Shown: piece by piece, positions 20,395-30,802 of the stretch | Position numbering within the stretch: the first letter of the stretch is position 1 | Layout of the letters: every line of letters starts with the position of its first letter | From: Candidatus Poribacteria bacterium | GTDB lineage: Bacteria; Poribacteria; WGA-4E; JAJDTR01 | Reading direction: 5' to 3' | NCBI GenBank assembly: GCA_965222225.1 | Contig: CBDCTK010000002.1 | Coordinates: 832,001 to 896,000, forward strand | Length of the DNA stretch: 64,000 nt | Translations under genes and position numbers: made by a program | Notes under the pieces: generated by a model | The model's input: only the letters and a program-made list of their open reading frames with translations | Database searches by the model: none | Told to the model about the DNA's origin: nothing

Positions 20395-21108
20395 ATGGAA
20401 TTACGGGATTGTTGCGCTGCTATTACCGGCGGAACCGGTGCATTGGGCACCGCGGTTTGCAAGGCTTACCTAAGGCAAGGGTGTAACGTTGCTATCCCCT
20501 TTATATTCGATCGCGAGATTGAAGGATTCGAGAAAGAGATTGGCGACTTAAAATCACGGGTAACACTTATCCGCCGCAGTGTCGCTGCCGAGGAGGAGGT
20601 CGATTCCTTCTTTCAAACTGCTTTGGAAAAGTTCGGCAAACTTGATGTGTTGGTGAACATCGTAGGCGGTTTCATGGGTGGGATTCCAGTTTCTGATCTG
20701 GAGGTGGAAGATTGGGATGCGATGATGAATCTCAATCTGAAGTCGGCGTTTCTCTGCTGCAGAGCTATCTTACCGAACATGAAAGAACGCAAATCGGGGA
20801 AGATTATCAACGTCTCGGCGCGCGCGGGTTTAAGCGGAGTGGCAGGCATGAGCGCCTACTGTGTTTCCAAAGGCGGTGTGCGTGTGCTCACGGAGTCAAT
20901 TGCGGAAGAGGTTAAGGATTTAGGGATTAACGTAAACGCGATCATGCCGAGTATCATTGATACTCCCGCCAATCGATCGGCAATGCCGGACGAAGATCAC
21001 TCCCGTTGGGTCTCCCCTGCCGACATTGCAAAGGTAATTCTCTTTCTAACATCCGATGACGCCGCTGTTATCAACGGCGCTGCTATACCGGTGTACGGTC
21101 GAGCGTAA
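20395..21108 (+). CDS. Short-chain dehydrogenase/reductase
   Basis: TGGTGALG, YCVSK, VNAIMPSIIDTPANR. Confidence 0.92.
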   Translation: MELRDCCAAITGGTGALGTAVCKAYLRQGCNVAIPFIFDREIEGFEKEIGDLKSRVTLIRRSVAAEEEVDSFFQTALEKFGKLDVLVNIVGGFMGGIPVSDLEVEDWDAMMNLNLKSAFLCCRAILPNMKERKSGKIINVSARAGLSGVAGMSAYCVSKGGVRVLTESIAEEVKDLGINVNAIMPSIIDTPANRSAMPDEDHSRWVSPADIAKVILFLTSDDAAVINGAAIPVYGRA

Positions 21109-21194
21109 TTCTAGACCGTTTCGCTAATTTCGTCAAATTGCCTCCAAGGCAAAGCCAAAGTTCCGCTTCCAATCTGGCCCGCTAAACTCTAATA

Positions 21195-22188
21195 ACCAAT
21201 GGTGCTAGTTTGAAATTTGGAGGTTAATAAGCATAACATTCCCTTTTGGCTTTGCTTTAACGCGAAAGGTATCAGGGCATGAGACGATTTCCTCGATTCT
21301 ACCGTTAATTTGAGTATCGGTAGCTATCAAATAACGGGAGGAAATCTAGACTCATGACCATAGTAGATTTTATCACAGAACTGTTTTGTTGTGTTGATGA
21401 TAAACTCTCACAGCACGGTAAAAACCATAAGCATAGCCAAGCCAAACTTTATCCGTCTGAAGTGGTTACCATTGCCATGCTCTTTGCGCTCAAGGGTGTG
21501 GGTAATCGAGCCTCCTATCGCTGGATAGCGAACAATTTCAAATCCTTATTTCCGATGTTACCCGAGCGTACCCGATTGTTCCGCTTATTCGACGGGCATC
21601 AACATCTCATTGACGTTTTTATGGCGAATCCTTCGCTTATCGGTGGAATTGACACGTACGGTATTGAATTGATTCACCCGCGCCGAGAAGGGCGCTCTAA
21701 ACGTCAAATCGGACGCAAAGGCATTTCCAACCAACGATGGATTGTAGGTGGAAAACTTTGCTTGCTACACAATCATCTCGGACTGATTGTCAACTGGGAC
21801 TGCGACACTGCCAATGTACATGATGGGAGTGCCTTCCAACATCTCGTTGATGGGGTCAGTGACCAGATGGTTGTTTTTGCCGATGTAAATTTCGCCAAAG
21901 CGGATTGGTTCCCTTCCAACTTGCGTCTGTGCCGACGTGGCGAGTGGAATTCTCGGATGCTGCGAGTGGAATTCTCGGATGCTGGTAGAAACGATTTTGT
22001 CCATGTTGACGCTAGTGTGCCATTTTAAGAAAGTCATGCACCGTCGTTGGAGTTACTTCAAAACGCGAGTCGGCTTTACAATGGCTTTGGTCAATCTCTT
22101 GGTACAGTGGAATGGATTGTCGATTGACGACGATGGCTTTGTGCCTCTGTCAATAGCTCAATTCAGTCTCTAAACTAGCACCAAAGGT
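21195..22188 (+). mobile_element. IS982-family-like insertion sequence
   Basis: Terminal IRs ACCAATGGTGCTAGTTT / ACCTTTGGTGCTAGTTT (15/17); 5-bp direct repeat TAATA at 21190..21194 and 22189..22193; about 1 kb with a single DDE transposase. Confidence 0.85.
21354..22173 (+). pseudogene. DDE transposase frameshifted by a 22-bp tandem duplication
   Basis: ITELFCCVDD, LYPSEVVT, LPERTRLFR, IDTY, GGKL, ANVHD, RMLVET; GCGAGTGGAATTCTCGGATGCT twice at 21940..21983; removing one copy gives a 266-codon frame. Confidence 0.88.
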
Positions 22189-22231
22189 TAATACTAATTC
22201 GTAATCCATAGGTTACAAGAACCGAGGGTCC

Positions 22232-22323
22232 GTAGTAGCAATCAACCGAACGGATAGTGAGGGATCAAGGAAGCGAATAGCGACTGCGATAGAGTTCCCA
22301 TAGAAATCCCCTCATTGCGCGTC
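22232..22323. repeat. 92-bp dispersed hairpin repeat, copy 2
   Basis: Direct-orientation near copy of 3337..3428. Confidence 0.85.
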
Positions 22324-22358
22324 CCGGGCGGTTGTAACATTTAGATTCTGAAATCGTA

Positions 22359-24308
22359 TCAGCTATCACTTTCCAGATCAGAGCGGTCGTTTCCTATTGA
22401 GGTGCTTGAGCGCCAGTTCAAGAACCCAACACCCAATACGACGATTAATGCCGGTAGGTGTAGCCAAATCGCGGAGCGAACGAGAATGAATCCCATCCCT
22501 GCAACAAAGAGTATCAGCCGCATCCAAAGGCTCAAGGGCGCCAAGAGATAGCCTGCCATGCACGCAGCCAACGGCACAATCCCAAGCACGGTAATTCCTA
22601 AGCTTACCACGATCGACCAAAGCCCTGCCGTTCCGCCATCGGAAGATAGAGTCAATAATTCCGGGCGCAGCACGAACGCGTACGGCAAGGCGAAACCCAC
22701 CAACGCAAACCGGAAAGCAGCGAAACCCGTTCTCATGATGTTGGCATTCGCAATTGCTGCCGCCGTGTAAGCCGCCAAGGCAACCGGCGGCGTAACCATC
22801 GACATCATCCCAAAATAAAATATGAAGAGATGCGCGGCAAGCGGAACCAATCCCAAGTCAGTCAGAATAGATCCGACCAAAGTTGCCATAAGAAGATAGC
22901 ACACTGACGAAGGCAACCCCATCCCAAGCACAATGGTCGAAACCATTAGAAGTAACAACGCAAGGATTACATTGTTTTGAGCCAGCGGTACAAGCATCCC
23001 CGGCAACTTTGTGCCGATACCCGTCAGCAATACGACACCTAGGGTTAACCCGACACATGATGCTGCAGCAATCAGTGAAACGCCGCCGTGAGCAGCTTTT
23101 GCCATGGCGTCGCAAAGCTCGCGAATCCCTATTCGCGTGTGATGGCTAAATGCACTCACGACAAGTACGATAATCAAACCCCAAGTAACCGCGCGAAATG
23201 GCGTGTAACCGAGAACCAAGAATAAAACAAGTACGCAGAACCCGGCACAGAACACAAATCCCTGTGCAGCAGGGGGCTTTTCATCGAGTTGTTGACTCGC
23301 CGCTTCAGCGGTTGCACCAACTAACTTGGCGCGGAAATGAACGATGAGAAGGAGTGCCCCGTAGTAAAGGAGGGCGGGGATGAGGGCAGCCTTGATTATC
23401 TGCAGATAAGTTACCGGGGGTGTCACAATCTCAAGCATCATGTAGGCGCCTGCCCCCATAATGGGTGGTACCAGCGCGCCACCTGAACTAGCCGCCGCTT
23501 CAATGCCCGCAGCAGTTGTCGGTTGAAACCCTGCGCTTCGCATCATTGGGATGGTAAACGTCCCGGTGGTCGCAGTGTTGGCAACAGCGCTGCCCGACAG
23601 CGACCCCATCATACCGCTACTGATGACGGCAACCTTGGCAGGACCGCCAGCGCTAGAGCGAAACAGCCGTCTCGCGAAATCAATGATATACCGTGTCGCG
23701 CCTGTTTTCTCCAGCACCGCACCGAACAGCACAAACAGAAACACATACGTAAACATCACCTTCAAGGCGATTCCAAATACGCCTTGGCTGTGTAAAAACG
23801 TCTGGCTGACAATACGTTCCCAAGAATATCCGCGATGAAACAGCCATCCCGGCATAGACTGTCCAAAGCCTGCATATAACAGAAAAATAACTGAGAGCAG
23901 TGGGAGAGTTAAGCCAATCGCTCGCCGCGTGGCTTCCAAAACCAGAACCAATCCGAGCAGTCCAATAAAATAATCAATAGATAGTTCCACTCCGGCGCGG
24001 TTTCCAAGGGGTTGGCTCTCTATCCAAAATCGTTGAAACAGAGGTTCCGTTTGGACTAAGATATAACCGAAACAGCCAACAACGCATACAACTAGGATGA
24101 GGTCTATTCCGTGACCGAGAATACTTGCTGTAAGTTTAGAATGAAGGGGATATTTGAGAAAGACGAGAACCAGTCCCAACATGGTAAAAAGCGCCATTTG
24201 GGACTGGGGTAAGAGTTGGGGATAATTGACCTCCGCGAGAACAAACAAACTCAGGAGAATGGCTAACGCTTTAAAAAGTGTTTGGCGGAGGCATTGGACG
24301 GAGTTCAT
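22359..24308 (-). CDS. TRAP transporter fused 4TM/12TM permease (TAXI type)
   Basis: LEATRR, GGPAKVAV, GSAVAN, EAAASSGG, PPIMGAGA, LGMGLP, TPPVALAA. Confidence 0.93.
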   Translation of the reverse strand: MNSVQCLRQTLFKALAILLSLFVLAEVNYPQLLPQSQMALFTMLGLVLVFLKYPLHSKLTASILGHGIDLILVVCVVGCFGYILVQTEPLFQRFWIESQPLGNRAGVELSIDYFIGLLGLVLVLEATRRAIGLTLPLLSVIFLLYAGFGQSMPGWLFHRGYSWERIVSQTFLHSQGVFGIALKVMFTYVFLFVLFGAVLEKTGATRYIIDFARRLFRSSAGGPAKVAVISSGMMGSLSGSAVANTATTGTFTIPMMRSAGFQPTTAAGIEAAASSGGALVPPIMGAGAYMMLEIVTPPVTYLQIIKAALIPALLYYGALLLIVHFRAKLVGATAEAASQQLDEKPPAAQGFVFCAGFCVLVLFLVLGYTPFRAVTWGLIIVLVVSAFSHHTRIGIRELCDAMAKAAHGGVSLIAAASCVGLTLGVVLLTGIGTKLPGMLVPLAQNNVILALLLLMVSTIVLGMGLPSSVCYLLMATLVGSILTDLGLVPLAAHLFIFYFGMMSMVTPPVALAAYTAAAIANANIMRTGFAAFRFALVGFALPYAFVLRPELLTLSSDGGTAGLWSIVVSLGITVLGIVPLAACMAGYLLAPLSLWMRLILFVAGMGFILVRSAIWLHLPALIVVLGVGFLNWRSSTSIGNDRSDLESDS

Positions 24309-24310
24309 TC

Positions 24311-25060
24311 CTAGTTCCGGCTCTCGAGCCTGCGTACCCAAATGTTGCGGAAACGCATTGGATTCCCGTGGTCTTGCAGTTTGATTGGTCCTTCAGGTGG
24401 ATGCGGCTCATCATATGAGGGGGCACGACCGTGGCCCGTCGGTCCTAGAATCTCCTGATAGTGCTGTACCAAAACGCCGTTGTGCACGACAGTAGCATAC
24501 GCGGGTGTCAATAACTTCTCTCCATCAAACTGCGGGGGAACGAAGAAAATATCGTACGTTTGCCATTCGCCGGGCTTCCGAGAGGCATTGACGAGCGGGG
24601 GCCACTGCCCGTAGATTGCACTTGCCGCACCGTCGGCATAAGTCGGGTTGTCATAGCCATCCAGCACCTGAATCTCATACGTATTCAGCAGGAAAACGCC
24701 GCTGTTGCCTCGTCCCTGACTGTCCCCCTTGACCTTTGACGGAGTCGCCCATTCCACATGCAACTGGCAGTGTCCAAAATGCTCAGTGGTTTCGATATCT
24801 CCGGTTTTATTGACTTCCATGTAGCCATTTTCGACCTTCCACTGCGCCGGACCGTCGCGTCCTATCCACTGACTCAAATCCGTGCCGTCAAAGAGCACTA
24901 CCGCATCTGACGGGGGGTTGCCGGCCGTCGCCGGCGAACTTTCCGTGCCCGGTGTAACAATCCTCGGTTGAGGCCGCCTTCCATCATGTACTCTCCACTC
25001 CGAATTGGGAATAAACGGAGTATCGTCGTAACCAATACGAGGTTTTTCTGCTTGTGACAA
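24311..25060 (-). CDS. DUF1080 / 3-keto-disaccharide hydrolase family
   Basis: PPSDAVVLFDG, RGNSGVFL, YEIQVLD, GEWQTYDI, LQDHG, RFRNIW; TTG start after AAGGAG. Confidence 0.9.
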   Translation of the reverse strand: MSQAEKPRIGYDDTPFIPNSEWRVHDGRRPQPRIVTPGTESSPATAGNPPSDAVVLFDGTDLSQWIGRDGPAQWKVENGYMEVNKTGDIETTEHFGHCQLHVEWATPSKVKGDSQGRGNSGVFLLNTYEIQVLDGYDNPTYADGAASAIYGQWPPLVNASRKPGEWQTYDIFFVPPQFDGEKLLTPAYATVVHNGVLVQHYQEILGPTGHGRAPSYDEPHPPEGPIKLQDHGNPMRFRNIWVRRLESRN

Positions 25061-25093
25061 AATGAGGTCTCCTTCTAGGTTCAGATTTAGCAA

Positions 25094-26098
25094 TTATTCG
25101 GGCCAAATGCCAATTTCCTTGTAATAACGAACCGCGCCAGGATGGAACAATGTGCCTGTATCCTTGACGACATTCTTTGGGTTGATTGCTTTGCCTGCCG
25201 GGTGCTTCTTCACCACATCCGCTCGGTGCTCATAGAGAATCTTGGTGAATTGATAAACATCTTTGTCAGCTTGATCCGTCGACGTTATCAGATGCATCGA
25301 ACCAACATTCATCCCGTTGAAGAGTTTTTCTTGATTCCGATACGTCTCCGCGGGAATAGTCGCGGATTCGAAAAATGGATAATCATTGATTAAACGTTCT
25401 TTTGCTTCTGCTTCGAATGGAACGAACAGAATATTTTGGGAAGAGGCGGCTTGGGTAATCGATGCCGTCGGAACTGCGCCACCCAAGAACGCTGCAACAG
25501 CCGAACCATCCGCCAACATGTTCACTGCGCCAGTCTGCGTATTGTTTAGCGGCGTAAAATCTGCATAGGTTACGCCGTGCGCGGCTAGAATCGGTTCTAG
25601 AAAATATTCAAACCCGGCGCCCGCGGGACCGAGTACTACTCGCTTACCTTTTAAATCCGCAAGTCCTTTCACGTCCGACGATTTTTGCGTGATAAAGAGG
25701 GCAACGTTCGGAGCCAGTGTCATCACCGCGCGAATGGGTTGTTTCCGCTTCCACGCGCCCTCGCCTCGAACCGCAAAATAGGAGATGGCGGCATTCGCAA
25801 GGGCAAACTCCAGCTCACCTCTTGAGAGGCGCCGAATGTTTTCTTGCGTGCCTTTCGTGGCTTCCGCGGCAACCTCCCAATTCAAATCGCCTACGTTCTC
25901 TCTAACAACTTGGGAGATTGCACCGCCCACAACAAAAAACGATCCGCCAGGCGGCGCCGTGCCTATGCTGAAAAATTGTTGTTTACCCGTCTTCTTTGCC
26001 AAGACGCTTGTTGCGGTCAAGTAATTGAAACATAGAAAGATAGCAAGTATAGAGATGACAAAAACCCTTTGGTACCGGTGAGTTCCTGCAAAGGCCAT
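25094..26098 (-). CDS. TAXI-family TRAP solute-binding protein
   Basis: Signal peptide, SIGTAPPGG, DLKGKRV, HPGAVRYYKE. Confidence 0.93.
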   Translation of the reverse strand: MAFAGTHRYQRVFVISILAIFLCFNYLTATSVLAKKTGKQQFFSIGTAPPGGSFFVVGGAISQVVRENVGDLNWEVAAEATKGTQENIRRLSRGELEFALANAAISYFAVRGEGAWKRKQPIRAVMTLAPNVALFITQKSSDVKGLADLKGKRVVLGPAGAGFEYFLEPILAAHGVTYADFTPLNNTQTGAVNMLADGSAVAAFLGGAVPTASITQAASSQNILFVPFEAEAKERLINDYPFFESATIPAETYRNQEKLFNGMNVGSMHLITSTDQADKDVYQFTKILYEHRADVVKKHPAGKAINPKNVVKDTGTLFHPGAVRYYKEIGIWPE

Positions 26099-26144
26099 GA
26101 AAGTGCTCCTTGGTTATTGAGATTAAGTATAGTCAAATTGACGC

Positions 26145-26882
26145 CTAAATGCCTTGAAACGCAGGGGGTTTGAATTCATCCCAACTCTTGATTGAAGGTA
26201 TTTCCGCAGGCCCCGGCGTCAAAGACGGTCGATCGTTTGAACGATCTAAATAGATAGCCTGCATGCCCAACTCCATTGGTGCCAGCACATCGTTAGTGAG
26301 ATTGTCTCCAATAAAAAGCGCTCGGCTCGCCGGATTGCTTGAAATCCCTGCTCGTTGAAGCGCTTCAGAATAGATTGGATGCCCGGGTTTCTTGAACCCA
26401 AACGAGGCGCTGTCAATAATGAAATCAAAGAAACCATCCAAATCGAATTTCCTGAGCATCCGTTGCGGCCAATCCGGCAGGTAAAAATTTGAAACGACGC
26501 CCATTCTCACCTTATCACGCCACCTTTGAAGCATCTCGATTACTCTCGGTGTACGCCTCAGCGTATTCTGATATCTCAGCTCAAACTGTTCAATAATCCG
26601 ACTTACAAGCGTGTCAACTTCATCCTTGCGGCTCTCATCTTTCTTGGTCAGAATATCCCTGAGTCGATCCGTCAAGTTGACCTCTCCCTAGTCGTTACCA
26701 TCCCACCTGTCCCGCTTCCATCTATCGTAATCGCCCTTAAACTCGACTTAGGTAGCATAGAACCCCGTTTCCACCGGACGACGCAAAATAGGCCTCAAGC
26801 CCGATTCATCTCCCCTGTCATCAAAGTCATCGATAAGTGTATTGAAGCAGTCAAAGAAAACCCAATCGAACGAGGGCTTCAC
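26145..26882 (-). pseudogene. HAD-family hydrolase with two in-frame stops
   Basis: In-frame upstream of the 176-aa ORF reads MKPSFDWVFFDCFNTL (HAD motif I); TAA at 26748-26750 and TAG at 26688-26690; KKP and IGDNLTND motifs downstream. Confidence 0.82.
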
Positions 26883-26959
26883 TCTTTTCGCGACAAGGTT
26901 CAAGAGAAACCGTAGTCAATGCACCTCTCTTGAATGTTTGGTTTCTCGAACACCTTTCC

Positions 26960-28234
26960 TTATAGCGTTATCTCCTCGGGAGGAGGACACATCTGCGCCA
27001 TCGGTGTAAAGATTTGGTCGACATCTTTCGTGAACACATTTCCGCTCAAGATATCAACAATCCCTTGTTGACAGTCCGGAAATTGCTTTAAGAATTTAGC
27101 AAAACTAAACTCTTTCGTATAGAAGGCGTACACCAACTTCCGAAAAGACTCCATTCCTTTCACGAACTCTGTACCAAACTGTCCCAGCCGCTCACCCGAC
27201 AAGTCACCGCTTTCAAATGCTCCATTGATTGCGTCCGCCGCCATCTCTCCAGACTTCAGCGCCAAAAACAGCCCTGTAGAATAAACCGGATCCAAGAAGC
27301 CGAAAGCATCCCCCACAAGCACCCATCCATTTCCGGCAATTTGCCGAGCACGATAAGAAAAATCCTTTGTTGTTTTGACCGGGAACAGTTGCTTTGCGTT
27401 TTCTATTCGCCATTTCAAGGCGGGACATTTCTCTAGTTCCGCCTGAAAGATAGCTTCGGCATCTAGTTGCGCGCCATTTGACCGGCGGTCTTGCAGTAGA
27501 TATTTGATTGATCCAACGACTCCCACGCTCACGCGGTCGTAAGGAAGCGGAATATACCAGAACCATGAATCTTTGTTCTCAGTGTGCAAGATTAACGTGG
27601 CCCCCTCATTAATTCCTTCGTCCCGAATTCCCCCTTGAAAGTGAGTGTATATTGACGCCTTCTTGAGTTGAGGCTCAGTGTCGTTGATTTTCAATCGTCG
27701 GGAAATTAATGCGCTTTGGCCCGTCGAATCCGCGATTACTCTTGCAGACAGATCCGTGCTGTCTCCACTTGGAGATTTTGTCCGAACGCCAACTGCTCGA
27801 TCTTTCTCAAATAACACGCTGTGAACGCCGACTCCACGCCGAACCTCTACGCCTTTTTCCCGAGCATTTTCGAGCAGCATTTCGTCAAATTCGCTACGCA
27901 GAACTTGCCACGTTATGGAGCTTTCGTGCGGGTCATTTTCATAGAAATAGAACGGTGCAGAGGCCTTACCGGACTGAGAATAAAACTGAACGCTATGTTT
28001 CTTGGGAAAGTGACTCGATTTCAGTTTTTCCAACATGCCCAGCCGTTCGAACGTCCAGTAACTGGCAGGAATTAGAGACTCGCCAATCTTGAAACGTGGC
28101 TCTGGGTCACGCTCTAGCAGTAGCACGCGAGGACCCTTCTCAGCGACCAAGGTTGCAACGGTGCTTCCTGCGGGACCTCCGCCAATGACAATCATGTCGT
28201 AACATTGTGTCTCTAAAACGCCGTTTGTTTTCAT
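26960..28234 (-). CDS. Flavin-dependent halogenase-like oxidoreductase
   Basis: GGGPAG, RFKIGES, WFWYIP (WxWxIP), GDAFGFLDPVYSTG. Confidence 0.85.
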   Translation of the reverse strand: MKTNGVLETQCYDMIVIGGGPAGSTVATLVAEKGPRVLLLERDPEPRFKIGESLIPASYWTFERLGMLEKLKSSHFPKKHSVQFYSQSGKASAPFYFYENDPHESSITWQVLRSEFDEMLLENAREKGVEVRRGVGVHSVLFEKDRAVGVRTKSPSGDSTDLSARVIADSTGQSALISRRLKINDTEPQLKKASIYTHFQGGIRDEGINEGATLILHTENKDSWFWYIPLPYDRVSVGVVGSIKYLLQDRRSNGAQLDAEAIFQAELEKCPALKWRIENAKQLFPVKTTKDFSYRARQIAGNGWVLVGDAFGFLDPVYSTGLFLALKSGEMAADAINGAFESGDLSGERLGQFGTEFVKGMESFRKLVYAFYTKEFSFAKFLKQFPDCQQGIVDILSGNVFTKDVDQIFTPMAQMCPPPEEITL

Positions 28235-28282
28235 TGACGTCCTTACGGCAGTTGACTCCGCCGTATGAATTTAATCTCTTGA

Positions 28283-29458
28283 TTAAACGCTATCAATTTT
28301 AACCAATTCCGGCTCAATACGCAGAATTCGATCGTCGTCCGGGGTTGGCTTTCCCCGCCCGTCTCGATTGCTCGTAGCAAGATAAATCTGCCCGTTAGGT
28401 CCCACTAGGACATCACGTAGTCGCCCAAACTCACCTTCAAACAATAACTCTTCATCAACCGCACGACTGCCATCTGGGGAGAGGATTAATCTTACGAGCG
28501 CGGCTCCTCTAAGCGACGTGAAGAGGAGATTCCCTTTCCAGCCGGGGATGAGATCGGCGTTGTAGAAATCTGCGCCGCAAGGAGCTACAGTTGGCGTCCA
28601 AGTTGCCACCGGTTCGACAACACTATTTTCCTTGCAAAAATCCTCTTCCAGACGAACATCGTTATCGCAAAAACCGCGAACGTTAGGCCACCCATAGTTC
28701 CGTCCAATCTCAACTCGGTTGACCTCATCGTTATCCGCCGGACCGTGTTCTGTCAAGTAGAGGTCGTCCATCTCAGGATGAAAGGCCAATCCCTGGGCAT
28801 TACGATGCCCGTATGAGTATACTGTCGTGCCAAACGGATTTCCCGGCGCGGGTTGACCATCCAATGTGAAGCGGAGTACTTTTCCCGCAACGGAGTCAAG
28901 GTCCTGAGAAAGATTTGGCCGGCCGGCATCTCCAGTGGTCATATAGAGAAATCGGTCTCGTCCTATCCCAAGCCGAGATCCGTTGTGAATACCGGCACCA
29001 GGGATGTTATCCAGCAGAATTTCTGTGGCACCGAGCGAAACGCCGTCGAAGCGCATCCTCACCAGCCGATTCCGTATTTCGCGGCCGACGCTAAAAGAGT
29101 GAGCGAGGTAGACAAACGGTTGTGCACCAAAGTCGGGGTGGAAAGCCATTCCCATCAAGCCGCTTTCGCCAACCTCTGTCACCCCAACCACCCCAACTTG
29201 CGTCGCATGACCCCTGGCGGGATCGACGCGATGAATTGTCCCCCTGCGCTCCGTCACCCAAATCACATCGTCAGGTCCCCACGCGATGTCCCACGGCGTG
29301 TCTAACCCGGACGTAAGCGTTTCAACGCGAAGGTTACCTAAGGTAATCAGTCCGTCGTCAATGGAATCGCTCAGAAGGTTCTCAACTCCTGAACACCCGC
29401 ATAGCCAGTGGGCAGAAATCCCTATAGGGATGACTCTAATGAAGTCGCGCCGCCTCAT
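28283..29458 (-). CDS. PQQ-dependent soluble sugar dehydrogenase (YliI/GSDH family), Tat lipoprotein
   Basis: MRRRDFI Tat motif plus LCGC lipobox; HNGSRL, TTGDAG, YGHRNAQG, EHGP, NYGWP, GRLRDV. Confidence 0.9.
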   Translation of the reverse strand: MRRRDFIRVIPIGISAHWLCGCSGVENLLSDSIDDGLITLGNLRVETLTSGLDTPWDIAWGPDDVIWVTERRGTIHRVDPARGHATQVGVVGVTEVGESGLMGMAFHPDFGAQPFVYLAHSFSVGREIRNRLVRMRFDGVSLGATEILLDNIPGAGIHNGSRLGIGRDRFLYMTTGDAGRPNLSQDLDSVAGKVLRFTLDGQPAPGNPFGTTVYSYGHRNAQGLAFHPEMDDLYLTEHGPADNDEVNRVEIGRNYGWPNVRGFCDNDVRLEEDFCKENSVVEPVATWTPTVAPCGADFYNADLIPGWKGNLLFTSLRGAALVRLILSPDGSRAVDEELLFEGEFGRLRDVLVGPNGQIYLATSNRDGRGKPTPDDDRILRIEPELVKIDSV

Positions 29459-29481
29459 TCGGCAGAATTCCAATTCATCGT

Positions 29482-30789
29482 TTATGCGCTGTTATCTTGA
29501 CGACGATCCGTGACTCGACGCGCTTTTAACTCGAATCGCGGTAGTGACCCCTGATTGACTAACTTGACAGCTACGCGTAGACCCAAGGCTCTTCGAATTG
29601 CTTTAACAACCTCATCTCCTAGGGCACGACATTCAGGCGTGCTGGCTTCCAACCGAATCTCCATCTCATCAAGCGCCCCACGACGGTAAACGTCTACCGC
29701 AAACTCTCCAACTTCAGGAAAACTGCGCACGATGTTCTCAATCGTACTCGGATAGACGTTGACACCACGAATGATTAGCGCGTCGTCTAGTCGCCCAATC
29801 ACACCGCCTTCCAGACGCCGATACGAGAGACCACAGCCGCACTCCCCGGAATGCAGCCTCACATGATCGCCCGTCCGGTACCGAATAGCAGGCATACATA
29901 GGCGCCCAAGATTCGTAATTATCAATTCACCTTCATTTGCATAGCTGCCTGTTGTCGGGTCAAAAACCTCAAATATGAACTCACGCTCGTTCAGATGAAC
30001 ACCATCTTGTGCCCGGCACTCAAACCCCCAAGCGCCGACCTCCGTTGCCCCAACATGGTCATAACACTTTGCACCCCACGCAGTTTCAATGCGGCGCTTC
30101 GTTGACGGTATGCTCGCTCCCGGCTCTCCCGCATGAATCGTGACACGGACGCTCGATTTGGCAATATCTATACCCTCTGTTTCTGCAACCTCGGCGAGGT
30201 GGAGCGCGTAGGTCGGAGTACAAACAAGAACCGAAATGTCGTTAAACAGAATTGCCGACAGCCGCTGAAGCGACGTCATCCCGCCTCCGGGAATCGATAA
30301 AGCGCCGATTTGCGCTGCCCCTTCATACGCACTCCAAAAGCCGATAAAGGGACCGAACGAAAATGCAAATAAGATGCGATCCGCGGACGTTACTCCTGTG
30401 GCATCATAAACTGTTTTCCAGCACTGCGCCCACCAGCTCCAACTTTCCGCAGTGTCTAGCCAGCGTAACGGTGCGCCAGTAGTTCCGGACGTCTGATGAA
30501 TTCGGACGTATTGGTCATGGGAGTAGGTATGATTTGTGCCATACGGCGGATTGGAAGTCTGATCTTTGGATAGGTTCTCTTTTGTAGTGAACGGCAAGCG
30601 TCGAATATCGTCAAGTGAGAAGAATTTATCCTCTTCACGAATTCCCGCAGACCGTAGTTTTGTCTGATAAAACGTATTTCCTTTCAGCACTGAAGAAATC
30701 ACACGTTGCAGCTTCTCCAGTTGAATCGTCGTCAACCCATCTCGATCAATCGGTTCAATTGCAGGCGAAGTCCTGTCTTTACTGCTCAT
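29482..30789 (-). CDS. Phenylacetate-CoA ligase (PaaK) family acyl-CoA ligase
   Basis: LPFTTK, HQTSGTTG, TPTYALHL, AGEPG, GATE, RYRTGD, GVNVYP. Confidence 0.9.
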   Translation of the reverse strand: MSSKDRTSPAIEPIDRDGLTTIQLEKLQRVISSVLKGNTFYQTKLRSAGIREEDKFFSLDDIRRLPFTTKENLSKDQTSNPPYGTNHTYSHDQYVRIHQTSGTTGAPLRWLDTAESWSWWAQCWKTVYDATGVTSADRILFAFSFGPFIGFWSAYEGAAQIGALSIPGGGMTSLQRLSAILFNDISVLVCTPTYALHLAEVAETEGIDIAKSSVRVTIHAGEPGASIPSTKRRIETAWGAKCYDHVGATEVGAWGFECRAQDGVHLNEREFIFEVFDPTTGSYANEGELIITNLGRLCMPAIRYRTGDHVRLHSGECGCGLSYRRLEGGVIGRLDDALIIRGVNVYPSTIENIVRSFPEVGEFAVDVYRRGALDEMEIRLEASTPECRALGDEVVKAIRRALGLRVAVKLVNQGSLPRFELKARRVTDRRQDNSA

Positions 30790-30802
30790 ATGCGTGATTG
30801 TG

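Noticed and set aside
21940-21983. 22-bp tandem repeat as possible CRISPR or programmed frameshift
   Set aside because: Only two adjacent copies, no spacer, no cas genes and no slippery motif; lies inside a transposase
26688-26750. In-frame TAG/TAA stops as possible recoding (alternative genetic code or pyrrolysine)
   Set aside because: Both TAA and TAG occur in the same gene and all three stops terminate normal genes in the window; decay is the simpler explanation
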